A stretch of DNA of 64,000 bases from Bacteroidia bacterium. Its GTDB lineage: Bacteria; Bacteroidota; Bacteroidia; Chitinophagales; BACL12. The stretch is taken from assembly GCA_030432405.1 (NCBI GenBank), contig JAUIHG010000001.1, positions 5,908 through 69,907 of the forward strand, written 5' to 3'. The notes under the pieces were generated by a model. The model ran no database searches, had not been told where the DNA came from, and was given only the letters and a program-made list of their open reading frames with translations. This document shows positions 56,153 to 64,000 of the stretch, piece after piece. The position numbers and the translations under genes are program-made. Positions within the stretch are counted from its first letter, which is position 1. Each line of letters starts with the position of its first letter.

Positions 56153-58146
56153 CAGCGCAACAGCACGCTCCGGGTCAGCCGCTCGGCTCCGCGCTGGCCC
56201 TCCATCTCGATGCTCAACAGCATCGGACCGGAGGGCAGCTCACCAAGCTCGGTGCGCAATTCGTAATGGCCCGCCGGCAGTTGGCCGGCGAACAACTCCT
56301 GCAGCCGCTGGCCATCCACCCCGGTCAACCAGGCGCGGACCGGACCGCCGCGTTGTACGCTGAAGGCGGCGGTGATGCGGCGATCCGCACCCACGGGGTT
56401 GGGATACACGCTCCACAGGTGCAGGGCGGGCAGTGCCGTCAAGCCGGTGGTGCCTGCGGTGGGATCCGGAGCGGGGTCCTGTTGCTCGGCCTTGGGCGGA
56501 GCTTCGGCGCTGGCCGTTTGCAGGTGGTTTTCGCCCGAAAGGGTGAAACGTCCGGTCCCCCAAGCCTCCACGGTGGACGGCGCGTCCTTGGTGTCCACAA
56601 AGTACCAGTCGCTTTGCGCACGGGTGGGCGTCAAATCCAACACGAGGTAGCCGTGGCGGTCAAAATCGTTGAAGGCCCCGTGCGGGTTTTCGTCCAGGAA
56701 AAGGCCCTCCACCAGGTTGGCCAAAAACACGCCGATGATCTCGTCGAAATTCGAAGAAGAAATGCTGGGGGTGACAAATTCCACCGCATGGCTTCCCGCG
56801 GCTGTGGCGGGATTGTAGAAGAGGCTGTCGCCGTCCCAATCGGGCACGTCAAAGGCGATGGAAATGTGCACGTCGCCGGTGCAGAAAACCACGTCCTGGA
56901 TGGCGTTCGCCGAAAGGCTGTCCAACAAACGCGAACGCTCGGCCGGATAGCCGTTCCACACGTCCAGAAACTGGTCCTGGGCACCGGGATACACACCTTC
57001 GAATTCCGCGAGCAAAAGCGGGGCAAAAACCACCTGATTGCCGATCAGTTTCCATTGGGCCGTGCTGTTGCGCAGGCCTTCGTTGAGCCAGGCAAATTGA
57101 TCGGCACCGAGGATGGTGCGCGACGGGTCCCACAGCGCCGGGTCGGTGTGGTCGGGGATCTGTTCTTCCCGTCCCTCCAGGCGCGTGTCCAGCATGTGCC
57201 ATTCGGCCAGGCTGCCGTAGGAGACCCGGCGGTAGACCTTGAAATCGGGTTCATCGGGGACCGGCACCCATTCGAAATACACGCGGCGCGCGCGGTTTTT
57301 CCGGTTTTCCCAGGAGCCCTCTGTGGCCGGGCTGTGGTTTTCCGCACCGCCCGTCCAGGAATCGTTGGCCGACTCGTGGTCGTCCCAAACAAAAATGAAC
57401 GGATGCTGCTGCATGGCCCGGCGCAGGTCTGCATCCAGGCGGTACCAGGCATACCGCGTGCGGTAATCGTCGGAAGACAAAATTTCATTTTCGGGTTCGA
57501 GGATGCCGCGGTCCGGATCCGATGTATCGCTTTCGTACTCGTAAATGAAATCGCCCAGGTGCACCACCGCATCGATGTCGTTGCGTTCGGCAATCCTGCC
57601 GAAGGCGTTGAAATAGCCCCCTTGGTAGCTGTTGCAGGACACCACGGCAAACTTCAACTGATCGGCGTCCTGATCCGCCGTGCGCGTGCGGCCGATCAGG
57701 CTTTTGATGCCCCCACTTTCAAAACGGTAATAGTAGGTGGTGCCTTCCGCCAGGCCCGTGACCGGGATTTTGACGGTATGGTCACGGCTGGAATCGGTGC
57801 TCACCGTGCCGCTTTGCACAATGCTGGAAAAGGCCGTGTCCGGCGCCATTTCCCAGTCCACGGTCAGCACATCCCCGGGGTCGTCCGGAGTCACGCGGGT
57901 CCACAGCAGGATGCCGTCGGCCGTCGGGTTGCCGGAGGCCACGCCGTGGTAAAAGGGGGCCAGGCGAGGGTCCACGGTGGCGGTACGGGCCAGTGGGTGG
58001 GCGGTGTTTTCGCCGGAGGCGAAAGCGGATTGATTGGATGCGGGGCCGGACGGGCCATGCACAATGGGCGTGAGATGAGCGTGCTGAGCCTGGAGCATGG
58101 TCGAGGCCAACAGGCTAAACAGTATGGACGGAAGGCGGTAGCGCAT
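56152..58146 (-). CDS. phoD: PhoD alkaline phosphatase with T9SS CTD
   Basis: FYHGVASG, LWTR, VVSC, HLGDFIYEY, WDDHE, LDTR, WNGY, TGDVH; CTD VYPNP. Confidence 0.93.
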   Translation of the reverse strand: MRYRLPSILFSLLASTMLQAQHAHLTPIVHGPSGPASNQSAFASGENTAHPLARTATVDPRLAPFYHGVASGNPTADGILLWTRVTPDDPGDVLTVDWEMAPDTAFSSIVQSGTVSTDSSRDHTVKIPVTGLAEGTTYYYRFESGGIKSLIGRTRTADQDADQLKFAVVSCNSYQGGYFNAFGRIAERNDIDAVVHLGDFIYEYESDTSDPDRGILEPENEILSSDDYRTRYAWYRLDADLRRAMQQHPFIFVWDDHESANDSWTGGAENHSPATEGSWENRKNRARRVYFEWVPVPDEPDFKVYRRVSYGSLAEWHMLDTRLEGREEQIPDHTDPALWDPSRTILGADQFAWLNEGLRNSTAQWKLIGNQVVFAPLLLAEFEGVYPGAQDQFLDVWNGYPAERSRLLDSLSANAIQDVVFCTGDVHISIAFDVPDWDGDSLFYNPATAAGSHAVEFVTPSISSSNFDEIIGVFLANLVEGLFLDENPHGAFNDFDRHGYLVLDLTPTRAQSDWYFVDTKDAPSTVEAWGTGRFTLSGENHLQTASAEAPPKAEQQDPAPDPTAGTTGLTALPALHLWSVYPNPVGADRRITAAFSVQRGGPVRAWLTGVDGQRLQELFAGQLPAGHYELRTELGELPSGPMLLSIEMEGQRGAERLTRSVLLR

Positions 58147-58227
58147 GCCGTGAAGGTATTGAGCGCACATTAAGCACACCTTACGTCATCGCTGCGTTTC
58201 CCGTACTTTGCTCTTCAGCCTCGCCCT

Positions 58228-60576
58228 ATGTCCAGCCCTTCAGCACCCACCAACGCCGAACCCCAATCCCATAAACCGCAGGGTTTCTGGTCCGAACTGC
58301 GCGCCCGCCGCGTGCCGCAGTTTGTCGGCTCTTACCTGGTCGGTTCCTTCGTTTTTCTGCAATTCCTGGATTGGTGTGCCAGCCGCGATTTCTTCTCCGG
58401 CGACTGGGCCATCCTCGTCTTCCGTTTCCTGGCGCTGCTCCTTCCGAGCGTGATCCTGTTGTCCTGGCGCTTCGGCCGTCCAGGCCCGGACCAATGGAAA
58501 AAAGTGGACAAGGTTGCCGTTCCGGCGAACGTTATCGGCGCCATTCTGCTCGTGGTCTTCATGGCCTTTGGCATGCCCTTTTTGCGGGCCGGCCAAACGA
58601 CCGTCACGGTTGAGGATGAAAATGGAGAAACCATCCAACGCGTGGTGCCGGAGGCCGACCGCATCAAACGCGTAGCCGCGTTCTTTTTTGAGAACCGCAG
58701 CGGCGACCCGGAGCTGGATTACCTGCGCCACGGCCTGCATTTTCTGACCACCTACGACCTGAGCCAGGACATGATGCTCTCGGTCATGAGCTCGCAATAC
58801 CTCATTGCCGAGTTGTGGCGCCTGAGCCCGGAAGATCCATTTGATATTCCTCTGCTGGCCCAGCGCGAGGTGGCGGAAGATTACCAGTGCACGCATTTTT
58901 TCAACGGGGCCTTCGCCCGGGAGGGCGAAAACTGGGAGGTGGACCTGGTGCTTTACAACACCAAAACGGGCCGCAAAACGGCGGAGCACCAATACCGCGG
59001 TCGTGATCTGTTTGCGCTGATCGACCAGGCTTCGGTGGAACTGCGCCGTGACCTCGGGGTGCCGGAATACCACATTGCCGAAAGCGAAGACCTGCCCATT
59101 GCCGCCATCACCTCTGACGATCTGAAGGCCTACCGCAAGTACATTGAAGGGGCCAATGCGTTGTTGCTGCACAACGACTACGCCAACGCGGAAAAGGCCC
59201 TGGATGAAGCCATCGCCCTGGATCCGCGGTTTGGCCTGGCGCATTTCATGCAAATGCAGGTCTACGCCAACGGCGGGCAGCCCGAGCGCGCACCGGAAGC
59301 CATGGACAATACCATGGATGTGCTTTACAATTTCCCGGAGCGCATGAAATTCCTGGTCAAAGCCACCAATTATGTGGTCACCGGGGAATCCGAAAAGCGC
59401 ATGGCCATCCTCAGCATGTGGGTGGAACTGTATCCACAGGACGCTTCCGGCATTACGCAATTGGCTTATTCCTATCAGCAGATGGGCGATTACGAAGCCG
59501 CTGCCGGTATTTATGAGGAAGCCCTGAAATTCGACGACAACCGCGGCGAATTTTTGGTGCAATTGGGCAGTTGCTACGAATTGATGGGGCGTTTTGACGA
59601 CGCGCTGGCACAATATGCGCGTTACACCGAACGCTACCCGGAAAGCACCAAAGGCCTCAAGCAGGCCGCAGACGTGTACCGCAACACGGGCCGCTACGCG
59701 GAGGCCTGGTCGGCCTACGAGCGCATCATGCTGCAGGAACCGGACAATATCACGGTGCAGATCAACATGGCCGCGGTGCGCGAATGGGAAGGCCGTTTTG
59801 ACGATGCCCTGGCGCTGCTGGAACAAGCGGAGGAAGATGCTGCCTCCATAGTGGACCAGGCAAGCGCCGCTGGCGAACGCGCCTCGCTTTTGGCGGAGCT
59901 CGGCCGCATCCGGGAAGCCATTGTACTGCACGAGCAGACCACGGAAATGCGGCGCGTGTTTGATCGACCGTTCAGTCTGGCATTTCGGGGCATCGACATG
60001 ATGTCCTACCACATGCGCATCGGCGACACCGCCACGGGCATGCAATACTGGCGCGCCAACAAGCCCATGTTCAGCGGGATTTTCGCCGACGGCGAAGGCT
60101 TTTACCGGACGGTTTATGGCGTGGCCATCGAAAACCCGGACACCATTGCCGCGGGCCTCGAGCAGGTTCAACGCTTTTCGGACGCGTTTGGCGCAGACCC
60201 GCGCTTTCTGGTGCAAATGCGTGCCGAAAAGCTGCGCCTTGAAGGCAAACCCGATGAGGCCGCCGCGCTTTACGGTGGCTTCATCGACAACCGCCGTGGG
60301 CAAGTTTATCGGGGTCGCGTGGAACTTGCGGAACTGCATCGCCTGGCCGGTGATCTTCAGACCGCTCAAAGCATCATCGATGAAGTTCTGGAGCTCCTGC
60401 CCCGCTACGCCGAAGGCCTGATGGAGGCCGCAGAAATTGCCCGGGCCCGCGGAAACCGCAAGGCGGCCGCTGCTCACCTGGACGAACTCCTGGGCGTTTG
60501 GTCCAAAGCGGACCCGGACTTTGCGCCCTTGGTCGAGGCCCAGGCCATGCGCAAGGAAATCGAGGCCGGTGTTTGA
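58228..60576 (+). CDS. Membrane-anchored TolB-like/TPR protein
   Basis: FWSELRARRV N-terminus, 3 TM, FENRSGDPELDYL, AIALDPRF and further TPR repeats. Confidence 0.8.
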   Translation: MSSPSAPTNAEPQSHKPQGFWSELRARRVPQFVGSYLVGSFVFLQFLDWCASRDFFSGDWAILVFRFLALLLPSVILLSWRFGRPGPDQWKKVDKVAVPANVIGAILLVVFMAFGMPFLRAGQTTVTVEDENGETIQRVVPEADRIKRVAAFFFENRSGDPELDYLRHGLHFLTTYDLSQDMMLSVMSSQYLIAELWRLSPEDPFDIPLLAQREVAEDYQCTHFFNGAFAREGENWEVDLVLYNTKTGRKTAEHQYRGRDLFALIDQASVELRRDLGVPEYHIAESEDLPIAAITSDDLKAYRKYIEGANALLLHNDYANAEKALDEAIALDPRFGLAHFMQMQVYANGGQPERAPEAMDNTMDVLYNFPERMKFLVKATNYVVTGESEKRMAILSMWVELYPQDASGITQLAYSYQQMGDYEAAAGIYEEALKFDDNRGEFLVQLGSCYELMGRFDDALAQYARYTERYPESTKGLKQAADVYRNTGRYAEAWSAYERIMLQEPDNITVQINMAAVREWEGRFDDALALLEQAEEDAASIVDQASAAGERASLLAELGRIREAIVLHEQTTEMRRVFDRPFSLAFRGIDMMSYHMRIGDTATGMQYWRANKPMFSGIFADGEGFYRTVYGVAIENPDTIAAGLEQVQRFSDAFGADPRFLVQMRAEKLRLEGKPDEAAALYGGFIDNRRGQVYRGRVELAELHRLAGDLQTAQSIIDEVLELLPRYAEGLMEAAEIARARGNRKAAAAHLDELLGVWSKADPDFAPLVEAQAMRKEIEAGV

Positions 60577-60775
60577 AGCAGTCAGGCCTTGCTGGCAGCC
60601 TGGCCTTGCCGAAGCTGGTGGCACACCCACCCGGTCCCCATACAGGCCCAAATGCTGCGCGTGCGTGAACTTCGCAGTGCAGCCGCGATCGCATGCCCAG
60701 GCAGATACCGGGCCACGCGCTGCAGCCGCCCTTCTCCCCGCTTTCCGCACCGCCCGTCCCGCGCCAGCCAATCCA

Positions 60776-61405
60776 ATGCCCATGCCCCGTTTCCGTACCG
60801 CCGCTTTGTTGTTGCTCCTGACCCTGCTGGCCGGCTTCGCCGGCGAAAGCCAGGCGCAAACCGCAGAACCCAGCAACCACTACAACGCCGACGAAGGCAC
60901 CACGCTCTCCGGCTTCGGGGGAGCGCTGCTGCACTACAGCACCGTAGACGGCGACGCGCGCATGCAGGTCGGGGCCGGCGGCGCGCTGTTGGTCAACGGA
61001 CGCTACACCGTGGGCGTCTACGGCATGCTCATGGTGCCGACCATCGAACGCACGGTTTTTGACCCGCGCATCACGTCCTCGGACAGCATGCTGCTGGACA
61101 TCGGCTTCAACCACGGCGGCCTTTGGGCCGGCTACGCGGTCAATCCCAAAAACAAGCTCCAGGTCGGCATCAACAGCCTGTTTGGCATTGGCGCCTTCCG
61201 CGCCCCGGAAGTCAACGGCCGCGACCGCGTCTACGTGCTCAGCCCCTTCCTGAGCGTACAGTACAGCGCCACGTCCTGGATGCGCCTCGAGCTTCAGGGC
61301 GGTTACCGGGCCGTGCTCTCCGAAAACGACCTCGACCTATTCCGCAACACCGACCAGGGCGCACCCTTCGGCGGGTTGGCGCTCAAGTTCGGGGTGTTTG
61401 ACTGA
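60776..61405 (+). CDS. Outer-membrane beta-barrel protein
   Basis: Signal peptide ..SQA-Q; SGFGG, GGA, GGYR, terminal KFGVF. Confidence 0.75.
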   Translation: MPMPRFRTAALLLLLTLLAGFAGESQAQTAEPSNHYNADEGTTLSGFGGALLHYSTVDGDARMQVGAGGALLVNGRYTVGVYGMLMVPTIERTVFDPRITSSDSMLLDIGFNHGGLWAGYAVNPKNKLQVGINSLFGIGAFRAPEVNGRDRVYVLSPFLSVQYSATSWMRLELQGGYRAVLSENDLDLFRNTDQGAPFGGLALKFGVFD

Positions 61406-61431
61406 GGCCAGCCTCCAGGCGTGCCACACGG

Positions 61432-62706
61432 TTACAACACCTCCCCCGCTGCCAGGCGCCATTCTTTGTACAGCGCACTGCGGTGCAGGCTGGGGACCGA
61501 CTGTGCAATCCACGCATCCAAGTCATCGAGCGGCAGGCCACTGCCGGATACGAGGTCCAGGATTTGGTCCAGTGCTTCCTGTGGGTCATCCAGCGCCTGG
61601 CAGTTCAGGCCCGCCCAGGGCAGCAGCGGAAAGTCGGGCTGGTAGTCCTCGAAATCGGCATACGCCGCTTCCGCGCTGGCGCAGTCGCCGGCCCATTCGG
61701 CCGCCAGGCCGGTATAAAACCGCAACAGGGTATCGGCACCAAACTGGCGCTGGAGGTCGCCGGTGGCCCGGCGAAGGCCATCTCCATCCCGCGCGCGCAA
61801 CGACCAGCTGAAGGCCAGGTGCGCCATGGCCGGCGCTTCCAACACATGGCCGGAAGCCAAGGCCTCCTCCGGAAAGCGCGAATGGCCCGCATCGGAGAGC
61901 ACCCGCAGGCGCTCGGCCACCACCAGGGGGTGGGCTTTGGCCGTTTCGGGCAAGAGGTCCAGGGCATCCAGCGCCGCGGACGGGTTTTCGGCCTCGGATT
62001 GTCGCGAAGCCTCCACCAGCGCAAACACCGTCTGGCTCAGCACTTCCGGGCCCAGGGCAGCGCGCAACTGCTCCATGGCCGACCAGCGCTGGTCCATGCT
62101 CATGGCCCCGGGGTATTCGGTCCAGTCGGCAATCACCAGGCTGTCGCGGCCGTAGCCGTTCGCCGGCATCGGCGCCTGCCCCAAAGCCAAACGCAAATAC
62201 ACCGGCCGCTCCCCATCAAAGTTGCGGAACCAGAGCAGAGGGCCCTGTGCGCCGCTGCTGTCGCGTTCGATGCGCAGCAATTCCAGCATCCCGAATTCGC
62301 GTTCGGCGGCCGCCCATTCCTCGATAAAGCCGGTGCCCAGGTTGGACACCGGGCTTGGGCCTGCCGTGGAGTCGCTGCCTGCGGTCGGTGTGGCCTCCAG
62401 ACCCGTGCCGATGCCGCCGCTGAATCCCTGGGGCGGCACCATGCGTTCGCGCAGCCATTCGGCATTGCCCACCTGCAAGGCGTGGGTCGCCCTTCGGGCG
62501 AAGCCTTCCACCGCCTGCGGATTGTCCACCAGGGCCTTGCTGGGGTTGGTGCAGCCGAAGCCCAGCAGCAGCATTGTGGCAGACAGGCCCAGGAGCATGG
62601 ACCATGCCCCGTTCAACCGGCATGTCCGCGGTGGGCATGACCGCGGTGCGCCAGACCAAACCGCGGCACGCCGCGGCGAGCATAGCTTGTGTTGTGTTCC
62701 CGGCAT
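61432..62706 (-). CDS. Hypothetical lipoprotein with helical repeats
   Basis: LLLGFGC lipobox-like motif; TACATTTG -7 element at 62711-62718. Confidence 0.65.
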   Translation of the reverse strand: MPGTQHKLCSPRRAAVWSGAPRSCPPRTCRLNGAWSMLLGLSATMLLLGFGCTNPSKALVDNPQAVEGFARRATHALQVGNAEWLRERMVPPQGFSGGIGTGLEATPTAGSDSTAGPSPVSNLGTGFIEEWAAAEREFGMLELLRIERDSSGAQGPLLWFRNFDGERPVYLRLALGQAPMPANGYGRDSLVIADWTEYPGAMSMDQRWSAMEQLRAALGPEVLSQTVFALVEASRQSEAENPSAALDALDLLPETAKAHPLVVAERLRVLSDAGHSRFPEEALASGHVLEAPAMAHLAFSWSLRARDGDGLRRATGDLQRQFGADTLLRFYTGLAAEWAGDCASAEAAYADFEDYQPDFPLLPWAGLNCQALDDPQEALDQILDLVSGSGLPLDDLDAWIAQSVPSLHRSALYKEWRLAAGEVL

Positions 62707-62780
62707 GGGACAAATGTAAACCGGACGCCGGGGGCAAGAAATGATGCAGCGCAGCGGCAGGGACGAGCCACGCGTTCCGC

Positions 62781-63695
62781 CTAAATCTCCTCCACCGCCT
62801 TTGCCCGCGCCCAACCCACGTTGCCGTCGGCCAGGCCGAGTTGCAGCCAGGTCGTGCCGGACTCGCTTTCGAGTTCGTCGAGCAGGTCCAGCTTGTAGCC
62901 TTCGCGCAGGATGTAGAGGTTGGTGCTGCTTTCCGTCGGCGCGCTTTTGAGCACCACGCTGGGCGCCATGACCACCACCGCACGATCATTGACCACCTGG
63001 CGGTAGGCCGACCAGCCAAGACCAGTGGCGCCCAACATCAGCAACAAGGCCGTGGCGCTGATGAACAGACCCCGGTTGCGCCACACCGCCGAGCGCGCCA
63101 CAAACATCAGGGACAAGCCAATGAGCAACAGCAATCCCCAGATCAGGGCATTGATGGCCCAGCCGTTCGGCGAAAGCAGCCCCGTCCAGCCGCGCCAGAA
63201 GCGCTGCAGGGGATGCGTAGGCAAGGCGGACACCGCCTTGTCCGGCTGGCGGAGGTAGGCCAACTCCAGGTTGTGCTGCACATCGGCATTGCGCGGTTCC
63301 ATGCGGGCGGCGCGCTCAAAATGCAGGATGGCGGGACCCAGGTTACCGGCCTTGTAATGGGCGTTGCCCAGGTTGAATTCGGTGTTGAAGCCGCGGTAGC
63401 CTTCGGCCAACAGGCCTTCATAAATGGCGGCCGCCGAATCGTAATTGCCCGCGTCGTACTGCTTGGCGGCCACCGTCCAGCGGTAGGCTGCCAGGTCTTT
63501 CGGAGCGGAGGACCGCGCTTGCTCCGTGGCATAAGCCGGCTCTTCCAGCCGGTAACCGCCTTCCGGATCAAGGCCTTCCCCGGGCTGCTGCAGCGGTTGC
63601 GGCTCGGCCGTTTCCAGGGTGCCGTTTTGGGCCTGGAGCACGGTGCTGAACGCCAGCAGCAGCACCAGCAGATGGTATGGCCTCATGCGGATCAT
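62781..63695 (-). CDS. batE: BatE-like TPR/SH3 protein
   Basis: FNLGNAHYK...GPAILHFERA, HNL, TM pair, KSAP...LREG...GNVGW; directly downstream of batD. Confidence 0.85.
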   Translation of the reverse strand: MIRMRPYHLLVLLLAFSTVLQAQNGTLETAEPQPLQQPGEGLDPEGGYRLEEPAYATEQARSSAPKDLAAYRWTVAAKQYDAGNYDSAAAIYEGLLAEGYRGFNTEFNLGNAHYKAGNLGPAILHFERAARMEPRNADVQHNLELAYLRQPDKAVSALPTHPLQRFWRGWTGLLSPNGWAINALIWGLLLLIGLSLMFVARSAVWRNRGLFISATALLLMLGATGLGWSAYRQVVNDRAVVVMAPSVVLKSAPTESSTNLYILREGYKLDLLDELESESGTTWLQLGLADGNVGWARAKAVEEI

Positions 63696-64000
63696 GACAG
63701 CGCGCTTTCGATGTCGGCCAATAGGGTGGTCGCGGTTTCGAGGTCTTCTGCGGGACCGCCACTTTCCACCGGCGCGTACAACGCCATTTCGCTGCGGTCC
63801 AGCAGGGCGATGCAGCGCTCGACGGCCTCCTGCGGCACACCGCGTTCCAGCAGTGTTGCACGAATGCCCTCGCGGTTGAGGTTCCCGGCCTCCAGGCCGA
63901 AGCGGTCGCCGAGGTAGGCCCACAGGGCGTGGACCAGCTCGTCGTAGAAGGCTTTGCGTTCGCCGGAGGCGGCCAGGGTCCGGGCCTTTTTGAGGCGTTT
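63692..64000 (-). CDS. batD: BatD C-terminal fragment (partial)
   Basis: Own translation KRLKKA...FYDELVHALWAYLGDRF...EMALYAP...IESALS*; ATGA overlap with batE. Confidence 0.8.
   Translation of the reverse strand, partial: KRLKKARTLAASGERKAFYDELVHALWAYLGDRFGLEAGNLNREGIRATLLERGVPQEAVERCIALLDRSEMALYAPVESGGPAEDLETATTLLADIESALS

Overview
High-GC Bacteroidota chromosomal segment. The phylum call rests on T9SS C-terminal sorting domains, batD/batE, TAnnTTTG -7 promoter elements and ExbB-ExbD-ExbD-TonB. About 55 CDS: a giant FG-GAP/ASPIC T9SS protein, a light/UV cluster (SDR, flavin reductase, DUF2256, Cry-DASH, DUF429, bacterial (6-4) photolyase, recO), a TonB energiser, two TonB-dependent receptors, mfd, divergent App1/DAG kinase genes, BlaI/BlaR1-TonB, PPK2, a short glucan phosphorylase, PhoD and batD/E. 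Two AT-rich accessory patches lie at about 21.9-24.1 kb and 35.65-36.75 kb. I saw no rRNA, tRNA, CRISPR array, transposase or integrase. Best leads: (1) two tandem 7TM-DISM histidine kinases with reciprocal defects, one with ATP-binding motifs but His->Gln and the other with the His but no ATP-binding motifs, beside one NarL-type regulator, suggesting an obligate heterodimeric split kinase; (2) a minimal glucan phosphorylase whose PLP Schiff-base Lys is Thr; (3) a perfect sigma54 promoter that points at a hairpin-rich non-coding stretch (candidate sRNA). All family calls come from motif recognition by eye, not database searches.
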